Under the pieces are notes generated by a model. It worked only from the letters and a program-made list of their open reading frames with translations, made no database searches and had not been told where the DNA came from. The translations under genes and the position numbers were made by a program. This document shows positions 1 to 13,200 of a stretch of DNA of 64,000 nt, piece by piece (within the stretch, counting starts at the first letter, position 1; each line of letters starts with the position of its first letter). This DNA is from Balanoglossus misakiensis (lineage: Eukaryota; Animalia; Hemichordata): assembly GCA_040954595.2 (NCBI GenBank), contig CM082593.2:1312901-1376900 (forward strand), read 5' to 3'.

Positions 1-278
1 ACCGCGGGCAATAAATACTCTAGTCTTAGACTGGCGACACGGAGGAAACATTAATCGCGTCATGTGTTTTTGATCATCACACAAAAAGACTCAGCCCTGA
101 TAAACACGCAGTGATGTCCGGAAATACCCAACCGAATATGCTATTTGCGCCGTATCAAATCTTTTCATTACATCATTTCAAAATTGAACAATTACATGTA
201 TGTATGGAATGTATTTTACATACCGGTATGCACGCACAAACACATTCAACTACCCACCCACCCCAACCCACCGTGCTT

Positions 279-412
279 ACATACATACATACCCACATGT
301 ATGTATATGAATGTACCGGTATGTATGTATGTATGTAAGTATGTATGTATGTACGTATGTATGTAATTGTATGTATGTATATGCATGCATGCATGCATGT
401 ACATACATGTAC
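279..412. repeat. Imperfect (CATA)/(TATG)/(CATG) tetranucleotide microsatellite
   Basis: Directly visible runs of acatacat, gtatgtat and gcatgcat. Confidence 0.85.
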
Positions 413-3400
413 AACTACTACAAATGTAAAAATGCGTAAAAGCCAGGAATAAAGCTTAAACCATATAGAGGTTTAAGTCTGTTACTTGAAATTGCACTTT
501 GAAAGTTACTCACGTTGTCGCCATATTGTCCAATTCGTACTGGATTATTGCGGCAGAGTTTTGAACACCACTAATCACAACCATCCAAGCAGCCGGCCCT
601 GAGATTCAAACAGTAGGCGGAAAACTCTGACAAAAGTGGGCTTAGATTCCAATCTTCTTCCTGAAAGATTTAGAGATAACGTCGGCGTTTAATAGTATTT
701 ATTAGTAATGCAGGCTTGAATTTCGTCTTCGTCGGCCGCTCTGAAAAGCAACCTTGCCAGAGGTAAAAATGTAATTGTGAAGAAACTGAAATCAGTTTTA
801 AGAATAATTGAAAAGTGGTAATCTAAAACTCAACCTTACTAGAATCAATATTGAAAAGAATTAAAAGAAAATTCACATTAATGTATAACAAAACCCATAA
901 CAAATATGACAAGATAAATGTGAGATGATCGTTTGTGATATCAATCTAATATAAATTAAAATTATGCAATATTCATTTTGATACATGTTTTCAACATGCT
1001 TAAAAGTAACCTGCTCATCAAATAAACATCATAAAAGAAAAATCCCTATATTTCAAAAGGAGAAGTTTGAATATGAAACCAAGGTGATAATATCAATCAG
1101 AGCTTCAATTAAATTGTACATACATCTTTACTAACACAATATAGCTTGTAATACTGCAACATCATTATTGTATTACAAAAACGTCATTTTGAATTTTATA
1201 TGGCACAACATTCAGGTCATCGTATATCCCCACAGATGTAAAAAGTAACAAAGGGTGTTACTTGAGGAGACTTTGGAGTGTTTGATAAACGGAAGAAAAA
1301 CGCCATTTATTAAAAATATACGCCATCGATTTGGATCAGGGTGTTATTGAGTGGAAAAGGAGACACAAACGCAAAGAGGGTAATTTGTCATGCCCACTAA
1401 GCAAGCAGAAACCAGAACGATAGGTAAAAGAAGATCCCCACTAAGATACAGTGTGACGATATTAGTATTTGTTCAATCATTCAGGATATAGATTGCAAAC
1501 TTATTTGAAAGCAGTGATAATGGATGGAATGTCAACTTTCATGGGATGTCGCATTTTATACATAGCAACGCGCAAGCACATTCATACATTTCCTCCAAAT
1601 ATACATTATAAAGCGACAGTCCCAGTATTATTAAGAAAAGGTTTTAGAGACAATTATATCTGCTGTAAGACAAATGTTAACTTGGTCCGTTTAATAATAT
1701 CGTTTCCTTTCACAGGAGATATTTTAATTGTGTTTACTGCTGGCAATCATGAAATATTGAACATCAGATGATATAAGGTTATATATCAGATATCATCAGT
1801 CTCTGACACTGAAAGCAGTATGTTTTGAATTATATGCATTGTTGTTGTTGCTATTTTTGGATAAGGAAATGCAAAAACAACTGAAGGCAAATTACTGAAG
1901 CTTTTATACCAAAAGCGTTGATCACAACACCAAAGAGATGCAGTGGAAAGCAACTTGAAACATGCAGCAACTTTTCCTATTTAGCTTGGGGCGTCTCGCA
2001 AATTATATTCTCATTTTATGTGTATTCCGTGTTATTTATGACCGCCTCCAGACAGATTTAACCAAAAAGCTCATCAATCAGACGTAACGTCGAAGTCAGT
2101 ATGGGTAGTTAAAGGCAATTAAAGAAGATACTCTTTTATGGTCTGAAATACACAACGTTGCCTGTTAGTTTGTTTCGCTGACAGTGTTAGTTTTTACATG
2201 TACTTTGTCCCTCAGACCCAACTGCTGCAGGTCTTCAATGGAGGAGGGGGGGGGGGAGGGTCTCAACTTTGTTTACGAGTGCAGTGACTTCCATTAAAAT
2301 TGGCAGAGAGTGGCACTATATGTTAATGGTCATATTTCTTTTCAACCAGACAGGAAAAGGTCTCATTCAAGAAGGGTAGAATTAAGCCGCAGAATCATAT
2401 TGCCACACCAACTTTGAACAAAAGCACCGAACTTATGACGGAAGAAATAGTGTTATGACAATGCGTATGAAACTAAATACGTGTGAACATTCGGACATTG
2501 TCGCGACCAGGGGAATAAAGTCAGCAACTGCCAACCTCTGTAAACAGGATACTGTCAAGGAGTATAATAATGACATATCTCATTATAATCATTATGGTTC
2601 TTTCCATGTAAAAAGCTGTGGCCTACAACACTATTGCCGGTGGTCTCTCATATCATGAACATTAATTGGGAACCAGACATAACATAGAAAATGGCAGTGT
2701 ACATGTAGTTATTCAATATAATCATGCATGTATGCAACAAGAGTTCATCTAAACGAATTAATCTAACCGATAAGGTTAATTTCAATAACATAAAATTTAT
2801 TGTCAGACTCTCTTGAGAAACAAGACAAGATTGTTCCAGACCTAGTTTGATTAAAAGAATGTTTCAATCATATTGGCTTCGGCTGCTTTGGGATATAATC
2901 AGCGACTGATTACAATCGCAGCGTTATTGCAACTTGGGTACCGCCGACAGTGCATTTCTCTGTTGGGCAGAATGCGGCGACATTGTGCCTTATCACTGAT
3001 TTAAGCGTTGAGCATCTTACGTGCTCAATTAGACTGAAGGAATGGAGACTTCCGGTTTTCGTTAGCTGTGTATATGTGAGTGTTTTGTGGCGTCGGTAAC
3101 TTTACGAGCTTCTTTTTATAAAAGACAATCTATCGACTTTGGTTTTTACTGCTACTGAGATATCATGGCGGTATTCCGAAAAAAGTGACAATAATATGTT
3201 AAACAGGGTGTGCCATCGTCATACTTAGCACAGATTTTCTGACCAAGCATACTGGTACTCCTTGAAAACTGCAGTTATCGCATCTCATTTCTCTATCAAA
3301 TAGAAGATATGTCCACTGCCTTCAATCATCTTTATCATAATAACTCAGTTATACGGAAGTATTTAACTTGTTATTAAGCTCCTATATCATCTTGTGAGTG

Positions 3401-6400
3401 ACATGACGCAGTGTTTTTAAGGTTGCTCCCTGTTCCCATAGTGATGAAGGAAGCGCTGTGATGTCATCAACAACTGGTCACTCTGCAGTAACACGACACT
3501 ACATATCTCATGGCAGAGTCTACGCAAGTGCGGCTCAGATTTTTTTGAGAGAGGGAGAGAAATATGTTCTTTGAGTAACAGCGACTTCCGTCGCTGGTAA
3601 TTGGTACTCGTGGTGAGCGGCCGGATAAGCGATATCCTCGGCATTAACAAAGAAGATGACTCCAGGTGTGCTGAGAGCAGAATCCACTGGATGGCGCAAG
3701 AGAAAGAAACCGATCTGAAGCAAGTCTTAATCAACAGAGTGAATCTCCACATTCTGAAGTGTTCTTTCAGAGTAGACAGAGTCTTAATGAACATGAAGTT
3801 TCCCTGTTATGTCCGACATCCCTCTGAGCAAAGGAGTTGGGCGAATCCTTCATGATTTACAGTAACAGTGAAATCGAAAATTGAATCTGTTGCCGAAGAT
3901 GATAAGTCTCTACCTTTTCTATGTTTCTACATCCCTAGTTGAAACAGCAGGAAACTTGTATAGTATTTCACAGTGTAGTTTCTTGACATATGTGATATCA
4001 CACCAGAACTCCTTCTATAAACTTAATGCGTCGTTCAGAAGCTCATTATAAAAAGTATGTTTTAGTACAGAAACAATACTTGGAAAGATTATAGTCTAGC
4101 GACTTCCCTGTTATGCACACACACAATACATGTATGTCACATACGCAAAGAATGAAGAACGTTATTGTTCAGGGGCAAAGATGTAATAGAGGTATTCTAA
4201 CCACATCAACGATAGGATATTAATTGCTGAAGTTTACTTATGCACTGTGTGACATATTTTAGTGGCGTTTATTACCAAAGCAAAGAGAATTTTCACAAAA
4301 GCAAAGCTGCAATTATGATTCCTGGTATCTCTGACTATCCAAACGAAATGTCACAAGTCAACTTGCGATTATTCCCATCAGACTGCTATGTATCCACACA
4401 ACAATTAATTTGCCAACAAAGTAGAGCCATTCTGTTCGTCCAGTATCTTTTTATTTATACGTTAATGAGTAAACCCCTCTGTGTGTGGGCTCGTCCCATT
4501 TCATGACTTGACAAATGTAATACTTCAACCTTAATCACTTCTCTTGTGTCCCCTCAATACCCTTTGGTATGATGTCAAGATTGTATGACAAAAACACATT
4601 GGTTCAGACCTGATAGAGAGACAAAGGTAATTACATGTATCGATGAAGAGATTGTGTTACCGTGACTCTAGGAAAATGTTCACCCAGCTTTGTGAGAAAA
4701 CTGCTAACAAATGATCCAGCTATTTTTTTTCTTCAAAAAAGGATAGCTTATCTGACTGGCTGACTACAATTGTAAGTCGCTACACATTTGACAGTGTACC
4801 ATTCCCAAATTGCACCTTTGCTCTTGTGTTTTAGTTATTATTTTATTTTGTCGTCAGAGATACAAATTTAATGCTTCTTTGCGGGAGGGCAAATAATAAC
4901 CCCAAATTACAACAAATACCATGTTGGGATTTTCACATAATGGGGACTAATACGGTATACACTCATTTTGACACTGTTCACTTCCTCATTAGAGTTAATA
5001 AGTGAATATGACGTGGCAATACAGCTGAGTGGGACTATTTTGTTTGACCTTATTAGAACAACGTTGCCCTGCTGTATTTTTAACTTGCAACTTCTACCCT
5101 CTGCAAGTGAATGTAAAAAACGCTGTTTTAATTTTTGGTTATCTTTTAGTGTCTGCGTATTTTAAATTTTCTCTGTTTCGCTTGAATCGTCTTAGTGGAC
5201 ATGTCACAATAGGAAGTTAGACACATGAACATACAAATGTACACTGCATCTCACAGAGTTGGAGGTGATAGAAGTATCTCTTCATATAAGCAAATCCGAG
5301 AGTCAGAAAGAGTAAATGAAATCAGAGTCACTTTACACTACAGCATCTCTGACCAAATGTTTCGTAGGATGTAATTAGTCGACATTGTGACTGGCTTTCA
5401 CGGGACTGCCATTACACTACTATCGGAAGTCACGGGAGATTAATCTGTTGTCGACGCGGTATTTGTCTATTCAAACAACTGACAATGAAGGCCTTGTCTA
5501 ACCTGCTGTAATGAGGCTGAATACATTTCCAAGGTGTTCCTTTTTTCCTTTTCCCATTTTGTCTGGCGTGCCTCACACAGCGATGAATTGCGTGATAGCT
5601 GCCTTGTCAGTGAACGTAAAAACTGCATTTTCAGCGAGGCGTATACATCATACATGAGACGAAGATAGCTAGCGACCCATTAACTTAGATACATAGACAG
5701 ATAAAGACTCAGATATTCTTACATGAACGCTGTAGTTGTAGCATATGTTAGAAAAAGTAGGAAGAGCCCACCGCTTTACACTTAAGACAGTTGTAGGGAG
5801 CAACGTTGCAGGATATTCTGACGGGAATCCCGATATTAAAAGTCGTGTGATGTTCATTTATTGTGGAATCGCAGACAGACACTGACGAGTATTAAAGTTC
5901 TGCTTATAAACTATTTGTGGTCAGATCAGCGTAGGGATTAAAGTCACCCTTCTCAATCAATCCAATTAGCGGATGTGCAAATTGCCCATTAACATTTTGT
6001 CATGTTTTTGTTCTCCATTGAAATTTTTATCTTATTTAGTAAATAAATTCCCTTTACAGGTGATAATTAAGTGGGAGCGCTAAGCAATATTAGGACTTGG
6101 CAGTGAAATGCCAGTGCGGAATACTAGTGCACGAAATACAATCTATTGAATATTCAGATATATGTTAAGGAGTTAACCGTCACATGGTATCATACAGTTT
6201 TGAGTGATTGGTTCAGTTTACAGCCTCGGCTCAGTCGGTGTTCATCACTGACGAAAACGTTTTCAGAACTTTTATTACGGCTTTTATTGGCAGTGTACAT
6301 AAGATACGTGGGGGGTTGCACTGATGTCATCGTTTGCCGAGCATCCAATCAACGCTACACAGAGGTGTATACATCGCGCGATCAATCAACCAGCCCATTC

Positions 6401-6919
6401 AATATCCTTCATTCCTCGCAGGTGAATGGAAGGTGTCGCACTGACTACTCTAGAACAAGGTACGCGATTCCTTAGCGCCCAGAGTCTAAGCAACGAGGAG
6501 CTCTTTTCTATCACTCACGTTCTCCAGCGGCAAGTAGAAGCTTGGTGATAATTCAAGCTTATCTTCTTACACCAAAGCGGAAAACGCGGGAATCTCACTC
6601 CTGGAATTTGATAACGCTGCCGGAGAGAAAGAAGTAGGAGAAGAATCGAACTGCAGCTCGCCTTTAATTGAGCCTTGGCAGTAAGTACTGTTTAAGATTG
6701 CAGATCAGGACGGCTGTGAGGTAAATCTTTCAGCTAATCCAATACTGACTCAAGTCCATCGGCACATTGCAATCTGCATTTTCCCAGTCACTCATCTTAG
6801 AAGTTTGAAGAACAGGGGAGAACTGAGACTTCATATGGGAGTGAAGCACTTGAAAAGCAAAAGGGCCTTCTCCCTCGAATCTTGAACATTCTTTCCCAAG
6901 ACCGCAACCATCAGCCACG

Positions 6920-7237
6920 ATGTCTGGCAACTGGACAAACGGCAGCGATAGCAATGCCACTGAAAATTATTACTGGAGTCTGACTTTCGATAAGATTCTT
7001 CTGAGTTCCTCCATGGCCATCATATCATTCATCGGGATAATAGGAAACTCACTGGTCATCTTCATCGTGATGATGAACAGAAAAATGAAGAGCGTAACCA
7101 ACCTCTACATAGTTAGTCTAGCTTGGACCGACATTATGTTCTTGGTGTTCTGCGGCATTACCACGGCGACGATACCAGTGACAATAGATTGGATATTCGG
7201 TGACTTTATGTGTCGCTTTGTGTCCTACATGCAATTT
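6920..7237 (+). CDS. KISS1R: Kisspeptin-receptor (GPR54)-type class A GPCR, coding exon 1 (N-terminus, TM1, TM2, start of TM3)
   Basis: ATG in GCCACGATG context with an in-frame TGA upstream at 6851. N-glycosylation sequons NWT/NGS/NAT. TM1 GIIGNSLVI, MKSVTNLYIVSLAWTD (TM2 LAxxD) and WIFGDFMC. Ends at ...ATG CAA TTT|GTGAGT, a phase-0 donor at 7238. The ORF-track tail beyond 7237 is intron read-through. Confidence 0.92.
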
Positions 7238-10200
7238 GTGAGTATCAGATATTTCTTACTGTATAGGAACGTTTCACTGCTGATCAGATTGTTACAAGAC
7301 ACCGAGCGCCCTCTCTTACAGTGCATTATCTCTTGTATATTGCTATTTGCGTACACTGATATATTACTATAAAGGTCATCAATAGATTTCTACTTCACGG
7401 TTTGATATTAAGATAATTCGCACCGATTACTAACCCACTGAAGTAATACAACGTTTTCAAATTATATGAAAATGATGTACATGTACACCCCCTAGCGCGT
7501 GTAAAAAATCTGAAAGTATACACTGACGAGTTCATTATAATTTGCAAAAGTGGAGAATGAGAGGCAAATTACTTTATTCTGAAGACAGCAAGGTTGTATC
7601 GACAGATTGATATTGTTCATAACACAAAATGGATATGGCAATGATATCCTAATTATATTATATTTTATTTTTTCCTTAATTCTTGTCAACGACGGGATAT
7701 CCTGTTGCGGCAAAGTTCTTATAATGACGTCGGTAATTAATCTAATACGAGAGATTATAGAAATCAATACAATCAAACATTCAAGTTAATTAATAATCAA
7801 TATCGTTTCAATTACTAATAGTGTAAATTTCATCATCCAAGTAAATGAAATTTTCATTATAAGGTAGTATTAGTTTCCTAATTTTCCTCAAGGTGAATTT
7901 TATGGTATTATACAAATATATATCAGTTGCATAAAGATGTCTGCTGGTAATTAAATGCATGTAAATTAGCTGACACCCAACAAAAAGTAACCTATTGCTA
8001 TTTAGAGTTTGCTGGACGTGTTTGCTGCTATTGTCTATAAAATAGACCAGATGGTTATGACGTTCACATAGATACGATTTCTAGATGTAACAGTCGAGCC
8101 ACCCTCGTATATGAGTGAGTAATTCTTTGGCGTTGCTGTTTCATATCATTGAGCTGTGAAGTAATTGGTTGGGTTTATTCAACCATAACCAGTAAATCCT
8201 TCTCGCTTGGCGATATACTCACTGCCTCTTGAAGGCGGCTCCAATATAGAACGTTTTATACATAATGCACTTGCAATGCTTTTCACTCAAAGTGTATCGT
8301 ACGTTCTATGCATTACGTACCGTATGTTTCGGGGCCGTAAAAGTTAACTGCCACTGTCTTCATACGTTCAGCGTTCACGTTATTGCAAGATTTAGTGTTA
8401 CCTGTTTCCAGGGCCATCACAAAGTTGTAAATGCTAACAGAGTGGAATATTGCAATGCCATGGAAACACCAATATGGAAATCTATAGTCCAAGGCGAAGC
8501 GTGCTTTCAATGTGTCTGATTTCCAGTCGCCATGGCGACGGCATAGATGCTCAGTTGTGATTTTGTAGTTAGCTGTCAAAGGTTTCACTGAACGAACTTA
8601 TCATAAATGTGGTTTTTTTACCCGAATTTGTGAGAAGCAACTCCTTTTTCAAACCAAAGAGACTCAATAGACTGTGAACGACATAGACCGGATGTTTTCA
8701 CTCCCGCGGTGTGTCTCCAACATTCGATACTTCTAAAAGCTTCATGTAAAGTTTCATCAACGACGTATGCATCGCATTCAACATTCATTTCCTTGCCTAG
8801 ATGTATTAATCAAATCGAAAGTTGTTAAGAAATTAAGTGCAGCCTTTCCATTTTCACTGCATCAAACAAATCCCTGTTCTAATCATTTGCGTCACCAAAT
8901 TACACATTTGCTTCAAACTTAGTATAGAAATCACTGAAGTTATACCCTCTGTTTGTTGTTCGTTGATCTGTGGCTGGGCGTAGTGGGGCTTATGTTATTT
9001 TCTTTATTAGACGCACAGGGCGTTTATAGTGTTACAAAATGAGCCAGGGTAACCTTTTACACAAAGTAAGTATGTTTTAATTTTGGAAGCGTGGTGAGCG
9101 GCAAAACGACAGAGTAGATGATTGACGAAGGACGACAGGCCCAGATGACATGCGAAAAGCGCTCTTTGAATCAAGGATCCCCCCTGAGTAAAAACTGTTC
9201 AATGACTAGAGAGTGGAAACAAGAAACCATACTCTACACGCTGGAAGATTCAAAGCTCAACTGAGAAAAGGACATCAGGGCAACTGCGTGTTTTATCCCA
9301 CCTTTATATAAGTTATTTCCTTCCACGGAAAAAACGAAAAGCACAATCAGAGGCGGCGGCATGAATTTGCACGATACACCAATATCTCGCTTCGTGAACC
9401 TTTTCACCAAAACCATGCAGTGCAGTTCATGCTTTGCTTCTTGTTAAGCCATGGAGGCATGTCGTGATAACCTCGCGTGTCCTCTCAGGAACAAGGCATC
9501 ACATTTCATCAATCGTACACAACTAATTTCAGCTTTGTCGGGAGAGTGTGCTTAGACGAATGCCGACGAACCACAGCTTTGGAATAACCCATAGTAACTC
9601 AACTCATTTTGGGTCATTTCATTCGCTGACATTGGATGTATGCTTTATGGGAAATGAGTCCATTATAAACCTGAAGAATGTACAGAAAACGTACAAAAAA
9701 TTGCTTTCTTCATTTGTACGTGCATCATGCATAACTGAGCAAGTCGTATTATAATGTCGTATCACTAGAACAAGAATCTGAACATCGAAGTACCGTCTGA
9801 CGGGCAATTATAACCAGTAAATGTCCCTGCTGGCTTTATGAGATTCAATTTCACCAAACGTTCAAAGGCATTCTGTATCTTATGGGGAAACAAGCAAAGA
9901 AGTCATTGAGTAGAGTTACAGGAATATTAACGTTTGATGTGTCAGAAGACAAGATGAAAGTTCAGCGGTAAAGCTATAGTTGAATGAACATGGAATGAAA
10001 AGTCATTCACTCAGACACAGCATTTTTGACATTTATGGATATACATGTACATGTATGTAAATTAGAGGCGAATGTGTACATTTCAACCTAAAAGTTTCAA
10101 CTCATAAAAGATGCAATCACAAAGTTCTCTTGGTGTGTATCTGTGTAGTTACATGTAGCTATTTGTCTGTCTCTCTCTCTAAAGAGGCTCATGCAATTGT

Positions 10201-13200
10201 TGGCTTTGGCAAAACTGCCATAGTCTACATGTGAGTAAGATTACACAAGATAGAGCTGGAGAATTATGCGGTACCAGCAGAAGGGCCCTTAATAAGTGAC
10301 CTACTGTCACTAAAGACAGTTCTGAAATTTTACGGCGTAGTCAAATTAACATCGGCACTCAAAAAACGCAATTGAATTATTTTGAAGGCGTGATTTTTTT
10401 TATTTATTAAATACTAGTTTCCAGATTTCCTAAGGCAATTAATGGTGTGTTGCGCAGGCATGTTCTGTTATTTAACATTTGATTAAATGATAAGGACCCT
10501 TTATTGATTTAGACTCTCCAGCTTTTAGCTTTCATAGTGTGCTTCGATTGGCTTGCCATTAAAATTCTTCTGCTATCCTTAACTTAAATAATGCGCGATT
10601 CCTCGAGTTCAGAAATATCAACACAATGGCAGGTTGAACACGTGAAAATATCGTTATGTCCTCCGAGATACTTTAACTTTTATTTGGCGTTCGAGAGTAC
10701 ACAAGTATGTGAATGTACAAGCAAAATCTGGTTTACACGTGCGAATGACAGATGCGTATCGTTTTTGGTGCCAATGCAATGTTTCATTGGTGTATTATAT
10801 TTTTCTTCAAAGTTGCGTCATCCAAGCAACTTGATACTCACATATATGCAATATGCTCTATTGTATCGCCGCTAATTATCTGTTTTAAAACCAGCACATG
10901 GGGCATACCTAATTAAGTTGAGATTCCTTCAGTAGCCGAGCGACTCGAACAACTCAGCTGCATGTCAAACATGGCGGTAGATTTCATAACATCAGAGATT
11001 CGGGCTATGAAACCTTTGAACCCATTGATCTCGATTGTAGTCGTATTAGCATTTTATGAAAGAAGGAGATGTTCTGATTGCATTAATTCAAAACGTGCAA
11101 GTGGTTGTGGCTACAGATATCATGCAAAACACAACATGTAAGGTTCACCCAATTTCAACACTACAGTCAGGCTAATTTAGAAACAAAGGCTGTGTTTGAT
11201 AAGGTACACGTAACTGTGTTCCCTTAGCGACCATAAAACCTGATAATGTGTCGTTTCAAGCCGCAGTCATTACGATACGAGACTTTTTGTGAATGTCGTA
11301 CGGTCAGGCCACTGACAAAAATCATTAAGCTAACACTCAACTGCCAGACATTCAAGAACCTTTCAAGTCATCTGACAGCAAAGCCTTTGGTCTTTATGAC
11401 TTCTTATTTTATGGAATGAGAACATCTGGGTTACATAGAGTATGCACCCTTGTCCACAAGCATGTGACTATTTTAAGAAATGGCAAAAATAAATCAAACG
11501 CGATCCCGATACTGCGCACTTACAAGATTACCCGTTGATGCGCCTGACCCCTTGCGAAGATAACTTCAACAACTTCCTTTAAAAGCTAGTTTTATAGGGC
11601 AATGAATAAAAACTGTGAAATAAAATTTATCGGCGTTCATACTCTTTGATAGTTACGTTTATTGGTGGCATTAAATGTCACTTCGAAATTTGTGTCACTA
11701 GTGAATGTCATGTTATATGTCAACCAGAATGACTATGATACCGTTTTACTGGGTAAATTTGTTAATTTTACTGGTGGAATTATGATTTGTTTAAAAAAAT
11801 AAAAAAACTTTGCGAACATAAATACACTACATCGTGCCCTTTCTCGGATCAAATGACTCGACATCTCAATCATTTTTTCCCTGATTCACTAAATATTGAC
11901 CTTTTACATCTGCTGGGTCTTCCAAACGAAAATCTGATGTGCCATTCGTAAAAAAATATCGATGCGCTGTCTACAAAGGTATTCTCAACCTTCGGGCAAA
12001 AATATATAAACGCCCCCGAAAGGTAGACTCATGGCACCTGAACATTTTGACCCTTATTTTACCGTAAAGCTCGATTCGGCGACGTGATGTCTCTAGTTTC
12101 ATTCATCTTTGGGGATTAATTGGCCCCAGAAGCTGAATTCCATATGTAATAATTATAAAATTGCGGCATATATTAATGATTTACGTTTAAACAAATAAAT
12201 TCCTTTGCACATGATATAACAAATGAAAGCCTAAAATGTCTTAAATGTGTGATAAATTTTCAGCTTATCTACATTAATTTCTATACCAGGATTTATTATT
12301 CCAAAATTGCCTATTTACTGATTCTGAGTCACTGTTATATTCCAGCCTCGCGCTAGTATTAGCAGATTTGAGGCTTAGTGTTGAAATGTAAAGAATTGCT
12401 ATTTTAGAATAAGCACACACATAATACAAGTCAATTATATGCCTCATCAATTGAAAATGCCTACCTGAAAAAAAGTCATAAACCAGGGAAATAAACCCAA
12501 GGGAAAGAATGTCATAAAATGAAAGGGTTTCGTTTTTACAATATCTGCTTTATAGACCTCCGAAGAAAAACTTTTAATAGCTTATCCCATCACTAATCTC
12601 ATTATGAGCACCTGCGAACTATAAAGAAAGCTAATTTTGTTCCCAAAAGGGATAACTCATCTCTGACTTTCATACCAACTGCCAGGGTGTCTTCCCTGTT
12701 ACAGTAGGGAAAGCATCTGCAAGTACAATAAAGGAATTCTAATATTAATATCTTTTAGCAATTTAAAGATGATGAGAGACTATTTCCGTTGCATGGTTGA
12801 TACATTTGCAGTATGTTTATCAGTATGCCTGAAATCCTCAGCAAAAAATATATATTTTGTCTCTTTTACTTGTGAATACTATTTTTTTTCTTCATTCTAA
12901 ACGTTCGTGCTATTGACCAGTATAGATGATGATGGATCAAGCAAAATATTGCTGTGTGTATATTACCAGAAGTTTCACAATTTACCAAAGGTTTAGGCAG
13001 CACAAAGCTTGTTTGTCAAAACGTGACTATTGTCGATTTGAAGTTTGCAATGTAAATGATGAAGTATGTTTATGTATCAGAAACTAATGCAGCCACTCGG
13101 CCTAGTTCCACGAATGTAATTATAACAAACATAGCGCAATTTTTAATTACTTTCTCACCCTTTTCCCGCCTGTCGTTAGCAATATCACATGAAATCACTT

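Noticed and set aside
111-394. Three overlapping ORFs with YIHT/MYVC repeats
   Set aside because: Artefacts of the TATG/CATA microsatellite. The same applies to 21730-21942.
2240-2260. G-rich run as a G-quadruplex candidate
   Set aside because: Essentially a poly-G homopolymer with no functional context.
7238-7372. C-terminal part of the 150-aa ORF 6920-7372
   Set aside because: Read-through into intron 1 past the GTGAGT donor. GPCR similarity stops at MQF.
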